Shown here: positions 1 through 12,167 of the stretch, piece after piece
Layout of the letters: each line of letters opens with the position of its first letter
Numbering within the stretch: the first letter of the stretch is position 1
Origin: Moniliella sp. 'wahieum'
Taxonomy: Eukaryota
Length of the DNA: 64,000 nt
Direction of reading: 5' to 3'
NCBI GenBank assembly: GCA_003971905.1
Contig: RSEE01000115.1
Coordinates: forward strand, 124,001-188,000
Translations under genes and position numbers: made by a program
Notes under the pieces: model-generated
Databases searched by the model: none
The model's input: the letters and a program-made list of their open reading frames with translations, nothing else
What the model was told of the DNA's origin: nothing

Positions 1-1715
1 GACTGCTGGACGCCCCATCCACGTAACCCACGTACCCGCCGTACACAACCGTACCCCACCGTACCCTCCACCCTCCATGCCCACTCCGCCTGCTTGCACC
101 ATGGTAGCGCCCAGTGGGACCTACGCTGCCATCGTCTTCCCGTGGTACTTGCCAAGAGCGCTGTGCGGGCACTGCTGCCTTCCTGGCTGTGCGACGGGTG
201 CGAAGGTGAGCCTTTGCAGCCGATCCGTCGGACGTATGGACGGCACTTGGTGTGCCCCCTGCTACCGCTCACGACGCTCATCTGCTTCTCGTCCAGCTCG
301 GATGGCAAGCCGGCACAGGATCGGCCCCCGCGCGTTCGGCTTCCACTTCATGAGTTTAAATCGACGTACCCTACGTCGCTCATCCCCAATGGACTTCCTT
401 GGTCTACTCGCATTCCTCCCCCGACCTCGATCCGGACCTCAACCCGGACCTGGGGGTACACGTACCCCCCCCCGTAACTCGTCCTGCCCACCATTCACTT
501 CAAGCTGGCCATTGGGTTTGACCGAGACTGCTTCACCTCGCCGGGTTTATCGCCCCGGGCCCCGAACGGTGCTTGTACGCCGGCGCGGGAATGCTACACG
601 CTCTCAAACGCGCACTTTACCTCTCCCGTTCACCCACCAGCGTCGTCGAGGCAGAGCATGGCACACGTCCTGCGACACCTGCAGGCGCAGGTACAGATGC
701 AGGTGCAGGTACGGATACGAGTGCGGATCCATCTTCCCCTACCGCATCCACGTCGTACACACAAGGTGTCTACCCACATACTTCCCCTTCGCTCGCTGCT
801 ACCCGCCCCACGCGCCATCTATCTCCTATACCGCACCCCAGTGCGTAGCCGTCAAGTTCACCTGCGTCCCCCCGCCCACCACAGTAGATACGGCTGGTAC
901 GGGGTGCCACGACAGGTACGGGTACTGCGGCTACTACGGCTAGTGGTGCTGGTGCTGGGTGCGGCTGGTCGCTCTACCGACGCGGGTGGGGCGGCAGTGC
1001 AGCACTTATTGGCGCTGCCGTGGTTTGGCGCGTGGACAGGCACCAAGTTGGTTGAGGTACGTATTACGTTCCCCCCGTCCCGTACTGTCTCACGCCGTGC
1101 CGTACCGTAGGCTGCAAGGCGTAGGCCTCAGGCGGTCGGGGTGTATGAGAGCCAGGGGGCGAACGGGCAACGTGAAGATTGACTAGTGACCCTTTTCTCG
1201 GTTTTGGGCATTGGTTTGCTGTTTTTTCTGTGGGGGGGCGCATGGTACACGGTACATGGTACGTTGCTTGCTGCATGGGATACCTATATCATCTCGCGAA
1301 ATAGTTTGCATTTGACTTTGCTCCTCCCTCGTGCTCCTCTGCGGCATCCTCCGCGACATCCACCTCACTCTCACCAGCCAACACGCCTTGCCCGTCGAGA
1401 CCTACCAAGTCGCGTCCGGGACGCTGTACCCGCGCTTTTTGGGCTCCCCCACGTCGGTCGCCGCGGCGGCAACCGCGCTGCTGCTGCTGCGGCTGCTGCT
1501 CACGATGGTACACGGGATGTACCCACGATAGTACGCCGGATGGTACGCCGGATGATACGCCGGATGGTATGCGCTGGGGTGTGCGGGCGCGCGAACTGGA
1601 GTGGGCCTCGTTCGATGCGCATAGCGGAGTTCGCGTGCCAGCAGATACCCCGGCCTGGCGGTTTACCGCGCGGTTCCAGGGCCGCGAACGCGCGTTGAGC
1701 ACGTACCGCTCCTGA
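1..1715 (+). CDS. 3' part of a hypothetical protein gene (multi-exon, frameshifted; starts before the window)
   Basis: Protein-like stretches in changing frames (TIHFKLAIGFDRD, LAGFIAPGPERCLYAGAGMLHALKRALYL, LLCGILRDIHLTLTSQHALPVETYQV, ...RFTARFQGRERALSTYRS*), GT..AG intron-like gaps, TGA at 1713-1715 followed by microsatellites. No family recognised. Confidence 0.35.
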
Positions 1716-1746
1716 AACTTCAAGGGACAGTAGGTGTGCATGAGGA

Positions 1747-1830
1747 CGTGTGTATGTGTGTGCGTGTGTGCGTGTGTGCGTGTGTGCGTGTGTGCGTGTG
1801 CGTGTGTGCGTGTGTGCGTGTGTGTGTGCA
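1747..1830. repeat. (GT)n/(GTGTGC)n microsatellite
   Basis: Seen directly, between convergent genes. Confidence 0.95.
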
Positions 1831-1965
1831 TGTGTAGGCCCGTGTGTGGGTACATGTGCGTGGGTGAGGGAGAGAGGTAGCTAGCTCAAGATGCATTGTT
1901 ACGTCTGGAGGTGGGGGTGGGGGGATACCACCGCGTGTTTTTTTGGGGGGAGGAGCAAGGGAGGA

Positions 1966-2045
1966 AAGGAGAGGAGAGGAGAGGAGAGGAGAGGAGAGGA
2001 GAGGAGAGGAGAGGAGAGAGAGGAGAGGAGAGGAGAGGAGAGAAA
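1966..2045. repeat. (GAGAG)n pentanucleotide purine microsatellite
   Basis: Seen directly, just downstream of the U1-C stop codon. Confidence 0.95.
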
Positions 2046-2077
2046 GAGGACAAAAGACCAAGGATCATCGTTGGGCA

Positions 2078-2953
2078 TTAGCAAACCCAGGCGGGGGAGC
2101 ATTGGCAGGGGGGGCGGGCGAGCCAACGGCGGGGGAGGCTGAGACGTCGCAGACGAGGGGGCAAACCCAGGCGGAGGCTGAGACGGATTGAATCCCGGTG
2201 GCGGACGGGTGGGCACAAAGCCCGGTGGCGGCACGCGAGGGTTAAACCCGGCGGCGGGACCGAGGGATTGAACCCCGGTGGCGGCCGAGACGGGTTGAAC
2301 GTAGGAGGAGGCACGTTCGGAGGCGGGAAAGGCATTCCCATCCCCATAGATCCAGAAACTGGCACGGGAGGTCCAGCAGCCCGAATGCCCCATGGTCGAG
2401 CACCGGTCCCAGGTCCACTCCCTGACTCTCCCCCGCCACCCGAGGTACCCCCACCAGTTACCGACGTAGGTGGAGCCGTTGTGCCCGGGGGAACACCCAG
2501 TACGAACCCGTCGTCACCTACGCCCAAGCGAATTGGTGCCCCGGTAATCGGGACCTGGGTCAAGCCACGCGCAGCACGAGGCCCATTGAGACCCATTAGG
2601 CGCACGTCCGTCCCCGTCGCAAGCGAACTGGGACGCGGGAGTGATGCGCATCGTAGCTGCGCGCCACGCCGTCAATGATTTCTTGCGCTTGGGCTTGGTC
2701 GACGTTGGCGTAGTAGTCGCGCACGTTGGCGAGGTGGTTGTGGCCGGTATTGTGCACGCGGCGAACTGGGGCAAGCAAGCAAAGAAACAAAGCAAGAAAG
2801 CAAGAACGAACAAAAGAAAGAAAGAAAGAAAGAAAGGGTTAGAAGACGGGGGGGCAAGGGTGCGAGGGTGGGGCGCCCGAGGCAGAAGGACGTACCAGCA
2901 GGCGAGTCGTGGGTGAGGAACACGTCGCAGTAGTCGCAGTAGTGCTTTCCCAT
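2078..2953 (-). CDS. YHC1: U1 snRNP protein C (U1-C), matrin-type zinc finger plus Pro-rich tail
   Basis: MGKHYCDYCDVFLTHDSPA | intron about 2895-2766 | VRRVHNTGHNHLANVRDYY matches the U1-C zinc finger; C-terminal PPPGFNP repeats; TAA at 2078-2080; frameshifts in the tail. Confidence 0.93.
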
Positions 2954-3343
2954 GGCAGGCCAACGCGGAGCACAGCGCACAGACCGGGAGCAGGAGGTGG
3001 AGGTGGGGCGATGGAGGTGCACGGGCAGCGGTGGTGATTGTTTGACCCAGGCCAGATTGGCCAAAAGGCGGAACGGGCGATGGTTCCGCCCCCCCCGATG
3101 GTTGCTCCTAACACGTGCCATTTTGAAATGGTCAAGAGCTGTGTTTCCCATTTCACTTTCCCACTCTCCGAAGCACAGCGCCCATTCCCCTTCCCCATTC
3201 CGCCCGTCCGCCAGCGGAAGCAAGGCGGAAGCGGAGGCGGCGGGCGCTTCGCTTCGTTTCTTCTTAATGCGCTGCCCCGCTGGCGGCGGCGGCGGCGGGC
3301 TGAATGCCTGCTCCCCACACCGCGTCCCTCGCCCACCGCCGCC

Positions 3344-4483
3344 ATGTCGTTCCCCGTCCAACTGGGCCTGTTCGGAGGCGGCTTGGCTGTCGGAGCAGTC
3401 GGTGGCTTCTTTGCCACCCGCTCCAAGCCTGCTCCCAACCCCGCTGCCCTGCAGCGCCCGTCGCAGCCCCCTCCGCCGGCCCGGCTACGGCACTGACTCT
3501 CCCGCCCGAACGGGCTCGGCTGCCATCCCCTTCTTTAGCCGCGACACGCTCAAGTGGACCGGAACCACCCCTGGGCCCGTATCGGATCTGCTGGAGAACC
3601 AAGCGTATGTGGCTGGGTACGACCGTCGGTTGCGTCATCCGGCCTGGACGGCGGAACACATTAGTGCGCAAACGTTGTTGCGCGGACCGCAGCCGCCTGG
3701 CGCACCGCCCCGTGGCGATCGCAAAAAGTCCACGTTCCATGAAGACGAGCGGGTCCCACTCCCGTTCCGCGCGCGCTTGGCCGATTACTTTCGCTCGGGT
3801 TACGATCGCGGCCATATGGTGCCCGCGTCGGACGCGCGCATTAATCAGGAGGCGATGAACCAGACGTTTTCCTTGACCAACATTTGTCCCCAGGTGGGCG
3901 AAGGGTTTAATCGCGATTACTGGGCTGGTGTGGTGCGTATTTTTTGTTCTTTGTTTTTGTGGTTGGTGTTGGGGTACGAGGGTTGGTTGGCTAACGCGCC
4001 GAGACGATGCAGGAAGAGTATGTGCGTGACTTGACCAACAAGTTTGCGGACCTGTACGTGTTTACCGTGCCTCTGTACCTGCCCAAGCCGGATCCAGCCA
4101 AGCCAGGCAAGTTCAAGGTGGAGTACGAGGTGATTGGCAACCCACCCAACGTGGCTGTTCCCACGCACTTTGCCAAGGTGATCCTCGGTGTGCAGGGCAC
4201 CAACCCGCCCGCGGCCACGCCATCGTCAGCACTGGTGCAGCAGGCCGGCGCACTGGCTTTGGATGCATTTGTGATTCCCAACGAGGTGGTGCCCAACTCG
4301 ACGCCGCTGCGCTCGTTTGCCGTGCCGGTCGAGGCGGTGGAACGGGCGAGTGGGCTGACGCTCTTCTCGGCGCCCGTCAAGGCCAAGGCACGGAGCCTGT
4401 GCGACGTGGCGGGGTGCGAGGTGATCATCCGCCAGTTCAACGACAAGGCGAAACAGCTCAAGGCGCTGCCTGCGCCCAAGTGA
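3344..4483 (+). CDS. NUC1: Mitochondrial endonuclease G (DNA/RNA non-specific nuclease)
   Basis: YDRRLRHPAWTAEH, catalytic DRGHMVPA, TFSLTNICPQVGEGFNRDYW, VAVPTHFAKV; intron about 3933-4012; N-terminus MSFPVQLGLFGGGLAVG with one frameshift near 3480. Confidence 0.95.
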
Positions 4484-4765
4484 TTATAATGATTGCATTG
4501 GCTGGTTGTGTTGTGCGGGGGGGTAGGAGTATCAGATGTAAATGTAAGGGGGCAGACGCAAGGAGGCGCCCCGCGCGTCGGGAGCGCAAGGGGGGTGGCT
4601 GTGTTGTGTCGCCTGGTGTGCCCCCGCAGCCGCGGATGGCCGGTGGCGCTGTGCGCAGCTGCGGCTTAACCGGTAACCGGTAACCGGCCTAGCTTAACCG
4701 CGCTGAGGCTGCGCACTAACCCCGCCCGCCCCCTGGCATGCGCTGCTGCAGGCGGCTGCGATGCA

Positions 4766-4773
4766 TGACGTCA
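4766..4773. promoter_or_regulatory. CRE / ATF-CREB palindrome TGACGTCA upstream of the ALDH gene
   Basis: Perfect consensus about 360 bp upstream of the ATG; function inferred only. Confidence 0.4.
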
Positions 4774-5038
4774 TCCATCCGCCCTGCTCCACCCCGCCGG
4801 CTGCGCGCACCAGCACACTGTGCCCGCCGGCTAAACGCTACAGCCCGCCCCACCCGCTGCCGCTGCTCCCATCCCGCCGGCTTTGGTGTCTTGTCCGCGG
4901 CTCTCCGCCACTGAGAGATTATTGCGACTGCGTCTCCTGGGGCGCTGTCGGCTCCCCTCGGCTCCGTTGCGGTCTCTGCGCATCCTCCTTTACAGCGTTA
5001 CCCTCCATCATATGCATCCCTCCATGCCCACATCGCGT

Positions 5039-5086
5039 CCATATAAATATCCTGGCCATATAAATATCCTGTCCATATAAATATAC
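5039..5086 (+). promoter_or_regulatory. Triple tandem TATA-box-like unit (CCATATAAATATCCTG) in the ALDH promoter
   Basis: Three 17-bp-spaced copies of CCATATAAATAT, 45-90 bp upstream of ATG 5131. Confidence 0.65.
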
Positions 5087-5130
5087 ACCCCCCGTGTCTG
5101 CCCTCCACCGCCACCGCCCCCTGCCCCACC

Positions 5131-6971
5131 ATGCGCGCACCCGTCCAGCAGCCCCTCCTCCGGCCCGCCGCCGCCGCCCTCCGCCTCGCCTCGTCCCCGC
5201 GCCCCTCGCGCCCCGCCTTCGCCCCGCCCTCTTCGCGCCCCAGCGCGCCCTCACCACCGCCAGCCCCCTCGCTGCACTCCGGCCGCCCGCGCCCACCGCC
5301 CGCACCTACAGCACCGCCGCCCCCGTGCCCCACGTCCACCTCGACCTGCCCCACGGCGGCACGGCCAGCTTCAGTGGCGGCCTGTACATCGAGTGCGTTT
5401 CCCCCTGCCCTCGGTTCCCGATCCCTTTCGTGCCAGACCCCAGGCCGGACAGAGCGCATGGTTGGCTAACGCTATATCGCTCTCCCTGTTCGCTCTTCGC
5501 TCTCCTCTCCGTAGTGGCCAGTGGGTGGCGTCCCAAACGGGCGAGACGCTGGACTGCTTCAACCCAGCGACAAAGGAAAAGATCGCGACCATTGCGCAAG
5601 GCGATGAGTTGGATATCGACTTGGCTGTCCAGGCGGCCCGGCGGGCGTTCAAGACGACCTGGGGACTGCACACCACGGGGCCCCAACGCGCCGTCTTGCT
5701 CAACAAACTCGCGCGTCTGATCGAAGATAATTACGACGAGCTGGCTGCGATCGAGGCTATCGACGGGGGGAAACCTTTGTCGATCGCCAAGTCGTTTGAT
5801 GTCGCCCAACTGCTCGAAGCGTTTCGTTACTTTGCCGGATGGGCCGATAAACATTCAGGCCAAGTCTTGTCGGGTGAAAACCCTCATTTGTTCCAGTACA
5901 CGCGCCTCGAACCGATCGGCGTATGCGGCGCCATTGTACCGTGGAATTACCCGCTCATGTTGACGGCTTGGAAGTTGGGTCCGGCCTTGGCTACGGGCAA
6001 CACGGTGGTGCTCAAGTCGGCTGAAAACACACCCTTGTCCGCTCTCAAACTGTTCGAGTTGATTGACAAGGCTGGGTTCCCCAAAGGCGTCGTCAACCTC
6101 GTCACAGGCCTCGGTACCGGCGCAGGAAACGCCATGGCCGAACACATGGATATTGATAAGATCTCCTTTACGGGCTCCACACGCGTCGGCCGCGTAGTCA
6201 TGAAGGCCGCAGCCAATACGAATTTGAAAAAGGTCACGCTCGAGTTGGGAGGCAAATCACCGTCGGTCGTCTTGGCTGATGCCGACATGGAACAGGCCGT
6301 ATCATGGTGCACAATGGGCGTCAACTTTAACATGGGCCAAACTTGTTGCGCCGGAACGCGGATTTACGTTGAGGAATCGATTTACGATGAGTTCCTCGCC
6401 CGGCTCAAGGAAAAGTTTGACTCGATCCGCGTTGGCGACCCGTTTGACCAAGCTACCTACCTCGGTCCCTCAAATTAGCAAGGCCCAGTACGAACGTATC
6501 CTGCACTTTATCGATGTGGGCAAGACCGAAGGCACCCTCGTCACAGGTGGGCGGGCGCTCGACGCAACGCGGTACACAGGGCAAGGTAAACCCAATGGCT
6601 GGTTCATCGAGCCTACCATCTTTGCCGATTGTGCTGAAGACTCAGTGATCAGCAGGGAAGAAATCTTTGGCCCCGTGGTGGTCGTGCACAAGTTCAAAGA
6701 CCATGACGAGTTGCTGCACAAAGCTAACGATTCCATGTACGGTTTGGCTGCTGGTGTGTTCTCGCGTGACGTGAGCAAGGCTCTCAAGACCGCACATGCG
6801 CTCCAAGCTGGTTCGGTCTGGGTCAACACGTACAACGCCTTATCGGCCCAAGTCCCCTTTGGAGGCTACAAGGCCTCAGGCATCGGTCGTGAAAACGCTA
6901 GTTATGCCTTGGAAAATTACGTTCAGGTCAAGGCCGTCTCCATTAACATTGATGCGCCCAACCCGTTGTAA
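5131..6971 (+). CDS. Aldehyde dehydrogenase, ALDH1/2 type, probably mitochondrial
   Basis: PIGVCGAIVPWNYPL, KSAENTPLS, FTGSTRVG, LELGGKSP, catalytic GQTCCAG, EEIFGPV, PFGGYKASGIGRE; Arg/Ala/Pro-rich presequence; intron about 5393-5514; frameshift near 6470. Confidence 0.96.
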
Positions 6972-7739
6972 TAGGTCACTTGCATCCGTTGCATTCGTTG
7001 CTTTCGTTGCATCGGTTCCCTCGCACCACACCACCACCCACAACCACTCGGATTCGTTCCTACCCATCCTGCTCTCAGCCTACCGTGAACCCATCCATGG
7101 TGGGAAACCACGAACCCCTTCCACTCACAGATCGCTTATGAATCTCGCATGCCCCCCCCCTCCCCCCGCCAGTTTTGCTCTTTTTTCCCCTTTTCTTTTT
7201 CTTTCCTCCCTCGCCACACCTCCTAGCTACTGCACCGGCGCTGTCAATCTCGTCTCGTCGGCGCGTACCTCCTATGCCTTCTTTTGGAGTTGGTGCCATT
7301 GTTCCCTTGACGCCTTCTTCCTAGTTCCTTGCTGCGTTCAGCTTAGGCTGCCTTGCCTTCCATACCTTCAATACCATGCTGTTTTTTTCTTTCTTTTTTT
7401 CGCTTCGTCTTCCGCCACGGAGTGCGGTGCAGTAGAACACAGCACCCGCCAGACCAGGATCCACGCGCCCCGCACCAAGTACCAAGCACCAGGTACCAAG
7501 CATACCATGCTAGATGCGGAGGACTATACTATACTAGACCATTGACCAGTTCCCCTCTATCCTCCTTGCTTTGGTTCAACATGTCATTCCCACCGCGTCA
7601 GACACTCCTCCCTACTCCCCCTCCTCGGCTCGGGTCTGGGCAGGGGACACATCAACCCCCGCCTGCCGCCGTCCACGGCTAACGTCTAACCTTGAAGCTT
7701 GAAGCTTGAAGTGCGACATGTGACATGTGGCATGTGACT

Positions 7740-10700
7740 TTACACCCGAGGCGGCGTCGTAGCCGCCGCGTACCGATCCTCATCTTCTCCCTCCCCCTCG
7801 CCCTCCTCCGACGTCAAACTGCCCTCTGTCGACACGGCCCAGTGCCGGTCGGGGACCAAATCCGATCGCCCCATTTGACCTCCCCTTGCAGGTTCAGCTT
7901 CTCCCTCGGTAGCAGGTACCGTTCCACCACCCCTGCCATTCGCTCCGTCCGTTTCGCCCGTTCCATTCACTCCGTCCGTTGCGCCCGGCGTACGATCCCG
8001 ATCCCCATCCCGATCCCCATCCCGCCTATCCTGCGCCCCGCGCGCTTCGCCGGGCTCGCGATCCTGTTGCGTCCCCCGCGGCGGCTGGCTCGTGGCCTCC
8101 GGTTCGGGTTCGGGTTCGGTCTGGGTCGGGGTTTGGGTCTGGGTTGGAGTGGCGCGGGTGGGTGAGAGCTTGGTCCTGCGCTGGGTTTTGCGCTCGGACC
8201 GCGACCCCCGCCTCGTCCTGGTCCTGGTCCTGGTCCTGGTCTCCGTCCTGGTCTCCGTCCTGGCCTTCGTCCTCGGCCTCGGAGGCAGAAGGAGACGCAG
8301 AGGCAGAAGCAGAAGCCGAAGCTGAGGGGGAAGAGAGGGAGTCTGATTCGAGCTCAGTGAGTGGCGAGGAAGGTTGTGGTTCCGGTGTGATTTCGCGTCC
8401 TCCATCAGCACGTCCGTGCGGGTACACCAGTTGACCTTGTAACGCTTCTCGCACAAGGCCCAGATCATCAAATGGCGCTAGACTTAACCGTTTCAGCCCG
8501 TCGGGCTCTAGACCGGCCAAACGTAACCCCCGCCAGGCTAGACTCGATTGCCGCTCAGTACGCTGCAGCCAGGCTTGCCCCGCTGCCGATCCCGGTCCAG
8601 TGCCCAATCCCATGGCTCGTTCGGTCGCCAGTTGGTGCTCAATCTGCTTGATGCGGTCCTGGGCAAGAGACGCTCGGCTGCTCGCTTCCGCCAGCACGGA
8701 CGAGGAGGGAATGTGGGCTCGCATCACACCAATTTCTTTCTCCACCTCGGATAGCTCAGCTTGCTTGGCTGCCAGCTGGCTGCTGCCACGTTCGCTAGGT
8801 TCGGTAGGAGGACTGCGAGCGTCAGCGTCGGTAGTTTCGGCTGTTGCAGCCGTTCCCTCACCACCATCCACCGCCGTACCTGTACCTGTACCTGAACCTG
8901 TACCTGTACCTTCCTCCTGCGCCGAGGACGTCAACGAGGCCACTTGCTCCTGCAGCTGGTCCCGCCTCGCTTCTAAGCGATGCACTTGGCTCTTGAGCGA
9001 GATGACGGTGGTCCGATGGGCTTGCAGCGCACGCAATTGTGCTTTCCGACGCCACAGTTGTTCTCTTGCCTCGCGACCCGAGTAGGTAGTTCCAGCTCCT
9101 TCCGTCGCTCCTGCTCCTGCTCCTGCTCCTGCCGCCACCTCGTCCCGCTGGGCATCTAACTGCCGCTCCAGCTCCAGCCAAGGCGCCACGTACGTACTCA
9201 CATCCGTCCCGCTCAAGGGGGGAACTCGAGTTCCTCCAGACCGTCAGTCGGGACCGTAACGTACTCCCCCTCTTCGTTTTCACGTCGGCGCGTGCCGGCG
9301 CGCGGGGGCGGGACACCATCTTGCCACAGCGCCTGTAACGCTGCGGTGCCAAGGGAGAAAGTAGGTTGTCCTGCACGCTGGGTACGCATTCGCTTCAAAG
9401 GTACTTCCCATCGCCGAGCTTCGTCCGGCTCGACTGGCGGGACATCGAGCACAGGTGCCCGCTCGTTCTTCCATGTGATCCATGCGTGTTCTAATCGAAT
9501 GGTACGCAGCATGGCAGATACCAGCCCGTGTCGCCGGTTGGGCACAACCAGCTTGTCCAACAAGTCTAGCACCGCACGCCATTGCCCACGACAAAATTGT
9601 TCTTCCTTGTCAGATAAGACGTAGGGCCGGTGACTGATCTTGTTGCTCGTCTCGGTCCACACTTGCCGCCGTTGCGGCGTAAATTCTAGTAGGTATTGCA
9701 GCAGAATCAGGATTTGGAATAACACTTGCCGTCGGAAAGAAGGATCGCGCACCTACCGTTGTAATCAGTCAGTATAGAGAACGAATGGGTTCAACAGGGC
9801 GCACAGGGGAGGGGGGGGGGGGGGCACCAGTGTCACACGTACTTCCGATGGGAAATTGTCCTTGCCAGTCAAGTACTTGGGGTAGAACGAATCCTCTCCT
9901 CTTCTTCCTCCCTCCTCCTCGGCTTCCTTCTCGCCTTCCGGCGGGGTAGCAGGTGCATCCAGGTCCATGCCACTGGCACCCGCATCGGCAGTCGCACCGA
10001 CGACACGCGTCGCTTGCCCAGGAAGTAGCGTCTGTTTTTCTCGTTCCTCCTTGGCCGCCGTACCAGCCAAGAGTTCTTCGTACGTATTGACCCGATGGAA
10101 AAAGTGCAAGATCTCCACGAGCGCGCGGGCCAACTCGTGCATCGATCCCTTGGACGTAGTGCCTTCCGTCGGGCGCACGTTGCCCTCCAACGGATCAGGT
10201 TGCGCTAGGTCCAATAGGTTGGGGGTAAGACGGTAGCTTGCTCAAACAGCACGGCTGGGTTGCGGAAGAAGGTCTGGGTGGCCCAGAACAACGCGTAAAA
10301 CCGATCAGATGGAAGCACAGGGCCATCGGATTCGGTGGAACTCGTAGCGTCGCGCCGACGCTTGCCTTGGGTCGTAGTGAGTCCCCTGGACGCTGCGGGC
10401 GCAGGGGCAGGCGTTGGTGCGGGTGTGGAGGCGGGCGCAATGGAGACCGTGTCCCATTCGGTGATGTTTTTCAAATTAAACTCGCCCTTGAGGTTGCTGG
10501 CACTGCGGTCGCCCAAAGGAAAGGCAACCGACAACAATGTTGCGATCCGTCCGGCCAATAACGTATGTGCCATGACGGGCTTGGACAGGCGTCGCAGCAT
10601 TTCGTTGGCCATACGAAGCACGACAGGGCCCTTGCCTCGGCCGGGGACGAGGTTGCGGAATAACCGCTCACGTCGTACATGGAGGTAATCCAACAACGCA

Positions 10701-11084
10701 CCAAATTGGTCTGTCACCAACAAGTCCGATGTCCCTTCGAGTGTGACCAGCGCCGCGACCGGGTCGACCACCCCCGCTTCCTCTAGCGCAAGCAGCATCG
10801 CACCGATCCAACACACGCTCAAGCAAAGGGAACTGATCCAGCACCCAGCGCGACACGTACTGCGACGTAGCTTCGCGCCGTAACGCTTCTTCCTCCTCGG
10901 GCCCACTGGGCGGGACATAGGATGCCACCTCGGTGGCCAGGGCGGCGAAGACCGAGGGCGGGAGCAGGCCCGTCGCCGTCCCGCTCGCCCGCGCTTCGTC
11001 CAGCACCCGGTCGAGGGAGGCGAGCAGCGGCGCGAGCCGCGCGTACAGCTGCGGGATTGTGCCGGACGCCGCCGGTTGGGCCAT
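7740..11084 (-). CDS. HPR1: THO complex subunit 1 (THOC1/Hpr1) with a long coiled-coil/low-complexity C-terminus
   Basis: LRMANEMLRRLSK, FPLGDRSASNLKGEFN, FYALFWATQTFFRNP, FYPKYLT, DPSFRRQVLFQILILLQYL, EHAWITWKNE match THOC1 motifs; intron about 9842-9753; several frameshifts; 3' end uncertain. Confidence 0.88.
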
Positions 11085-11506
11085 GGCGCGTAGGGGAGGT
11101 GGAGGTGGAGGTAGTAAGTGGATGGGCGAAGCGCCGATTGGATGGGCGAAGGCCGCGCGGAATTGCGTCGGGACTGCATTCCGCCGCGGCAGGCGAGGAT
11201 GGATGGTAGCTGAACGTTGAACGTTTCTATCCTGCGTCTCGTGGCCACCGCTGGCACCATCCAGCCTTCTCGCCGCCATCCATCCCATCCCATCCCCCAT
11301 CTCCCGTCAAGTCAGGCCGTGATGGTTGCGAATTAGCGTGCTGTGTATATCGCAGTCGACGGGCCCAGGAGGAGGCTATGGCATGCGGTGCAAAGAGTGG
11401 CAAAGGGTAGAAATACAGTGGCACATCTATTGGCTGTGGGGCAGCCGAGACGCTCGCTCGCCCGCTTGGCCCCATCCAACCGAACCGCGAGCAAGCGCTC
11501 CGCGCA

Positions 11507-11941
11507 CTAAAAGTCGGTCGAGCGCCCGCCAAACGTCCATTCACGGTCCCATGCAAGCGGGTCCTTCTTCGGACCGCCAATCTCGCCCGTGGTGGGGTTG
11601 ACCTCGCCATCAAAGTCGGGCTGGATGGGCTTGCGCGCATCGGGATGGAGCTCCTCGGTGGCGGTGGTGAACTGGAGCTTGTCTGGGGCAGGGTTAGGCA
11701 CGGTGGCAACAGGAAAAACGCATGCAAGCAAGACTGCACTCGTACTTTGGTTCTCCTTGACCAGCCGCTCAAACTCGGCCTGGTCTTCCTTGGGCAGCGG
11801 CATGGGGCCAGGGCGGTTGAAGGGGAGCGGCGGGTCCTTCGCTGCGTGTGCCGCGGCGGACGTGGCGAGCGTGCGCAGCTGGCCCATGCGCGCGGGCAGC
11901 AGCGACGCCAGGCGGAGACACGCGGGGGGCATGGGGGGCAT
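11507..11941 (-). CDS. SDH8: Succinate dehydrogenase assembly factor 4 (Sdh8/SDHAF4, DUF1674)
   Basis: FNRPGPMPLPKEDQAEFERL and the C-terminal FDGEVNPTTGEIGGPKKDPLAWDREWTFGGRSTDF* signature; presequence-like N-terminus; intron about 11745-11684. Confidence 0.92.
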   Translation of the reverse strand: MPPMPPACLRLASLLPARMGQLRTLATSAAAHAAKDPPLPFNRPGPMPLPKEDQAEFERLVKENQSTSAVLLACVFPVATVPNPAPDKLQFTTATEELHPDARKPIQPDFDGEVNPTTGEIGGPKKDPLAWDREWTFGGRSTDF

Positions 11942-12167
11942 GGCGGTGGGGCAGCTGGGGCAAAAGCCATCAGTCATCTCCAGGCGGCTGCATACATTGC
12001 CACCCGCCGCGTTAGTAAGGGTGTATTGGGCCTTAGGTAAGGGGGCGCTCGGGCATTGAACGTTCAAGCGGGCGTGGGCCGCCTCGCCCTTCGCGTCGCC
12101 TCCATCCCGTCTCCACCCATCCCCTCCCTCTCCACCTGCCCGCCGCCGGCCCCCGTGGGAAGGCGCC

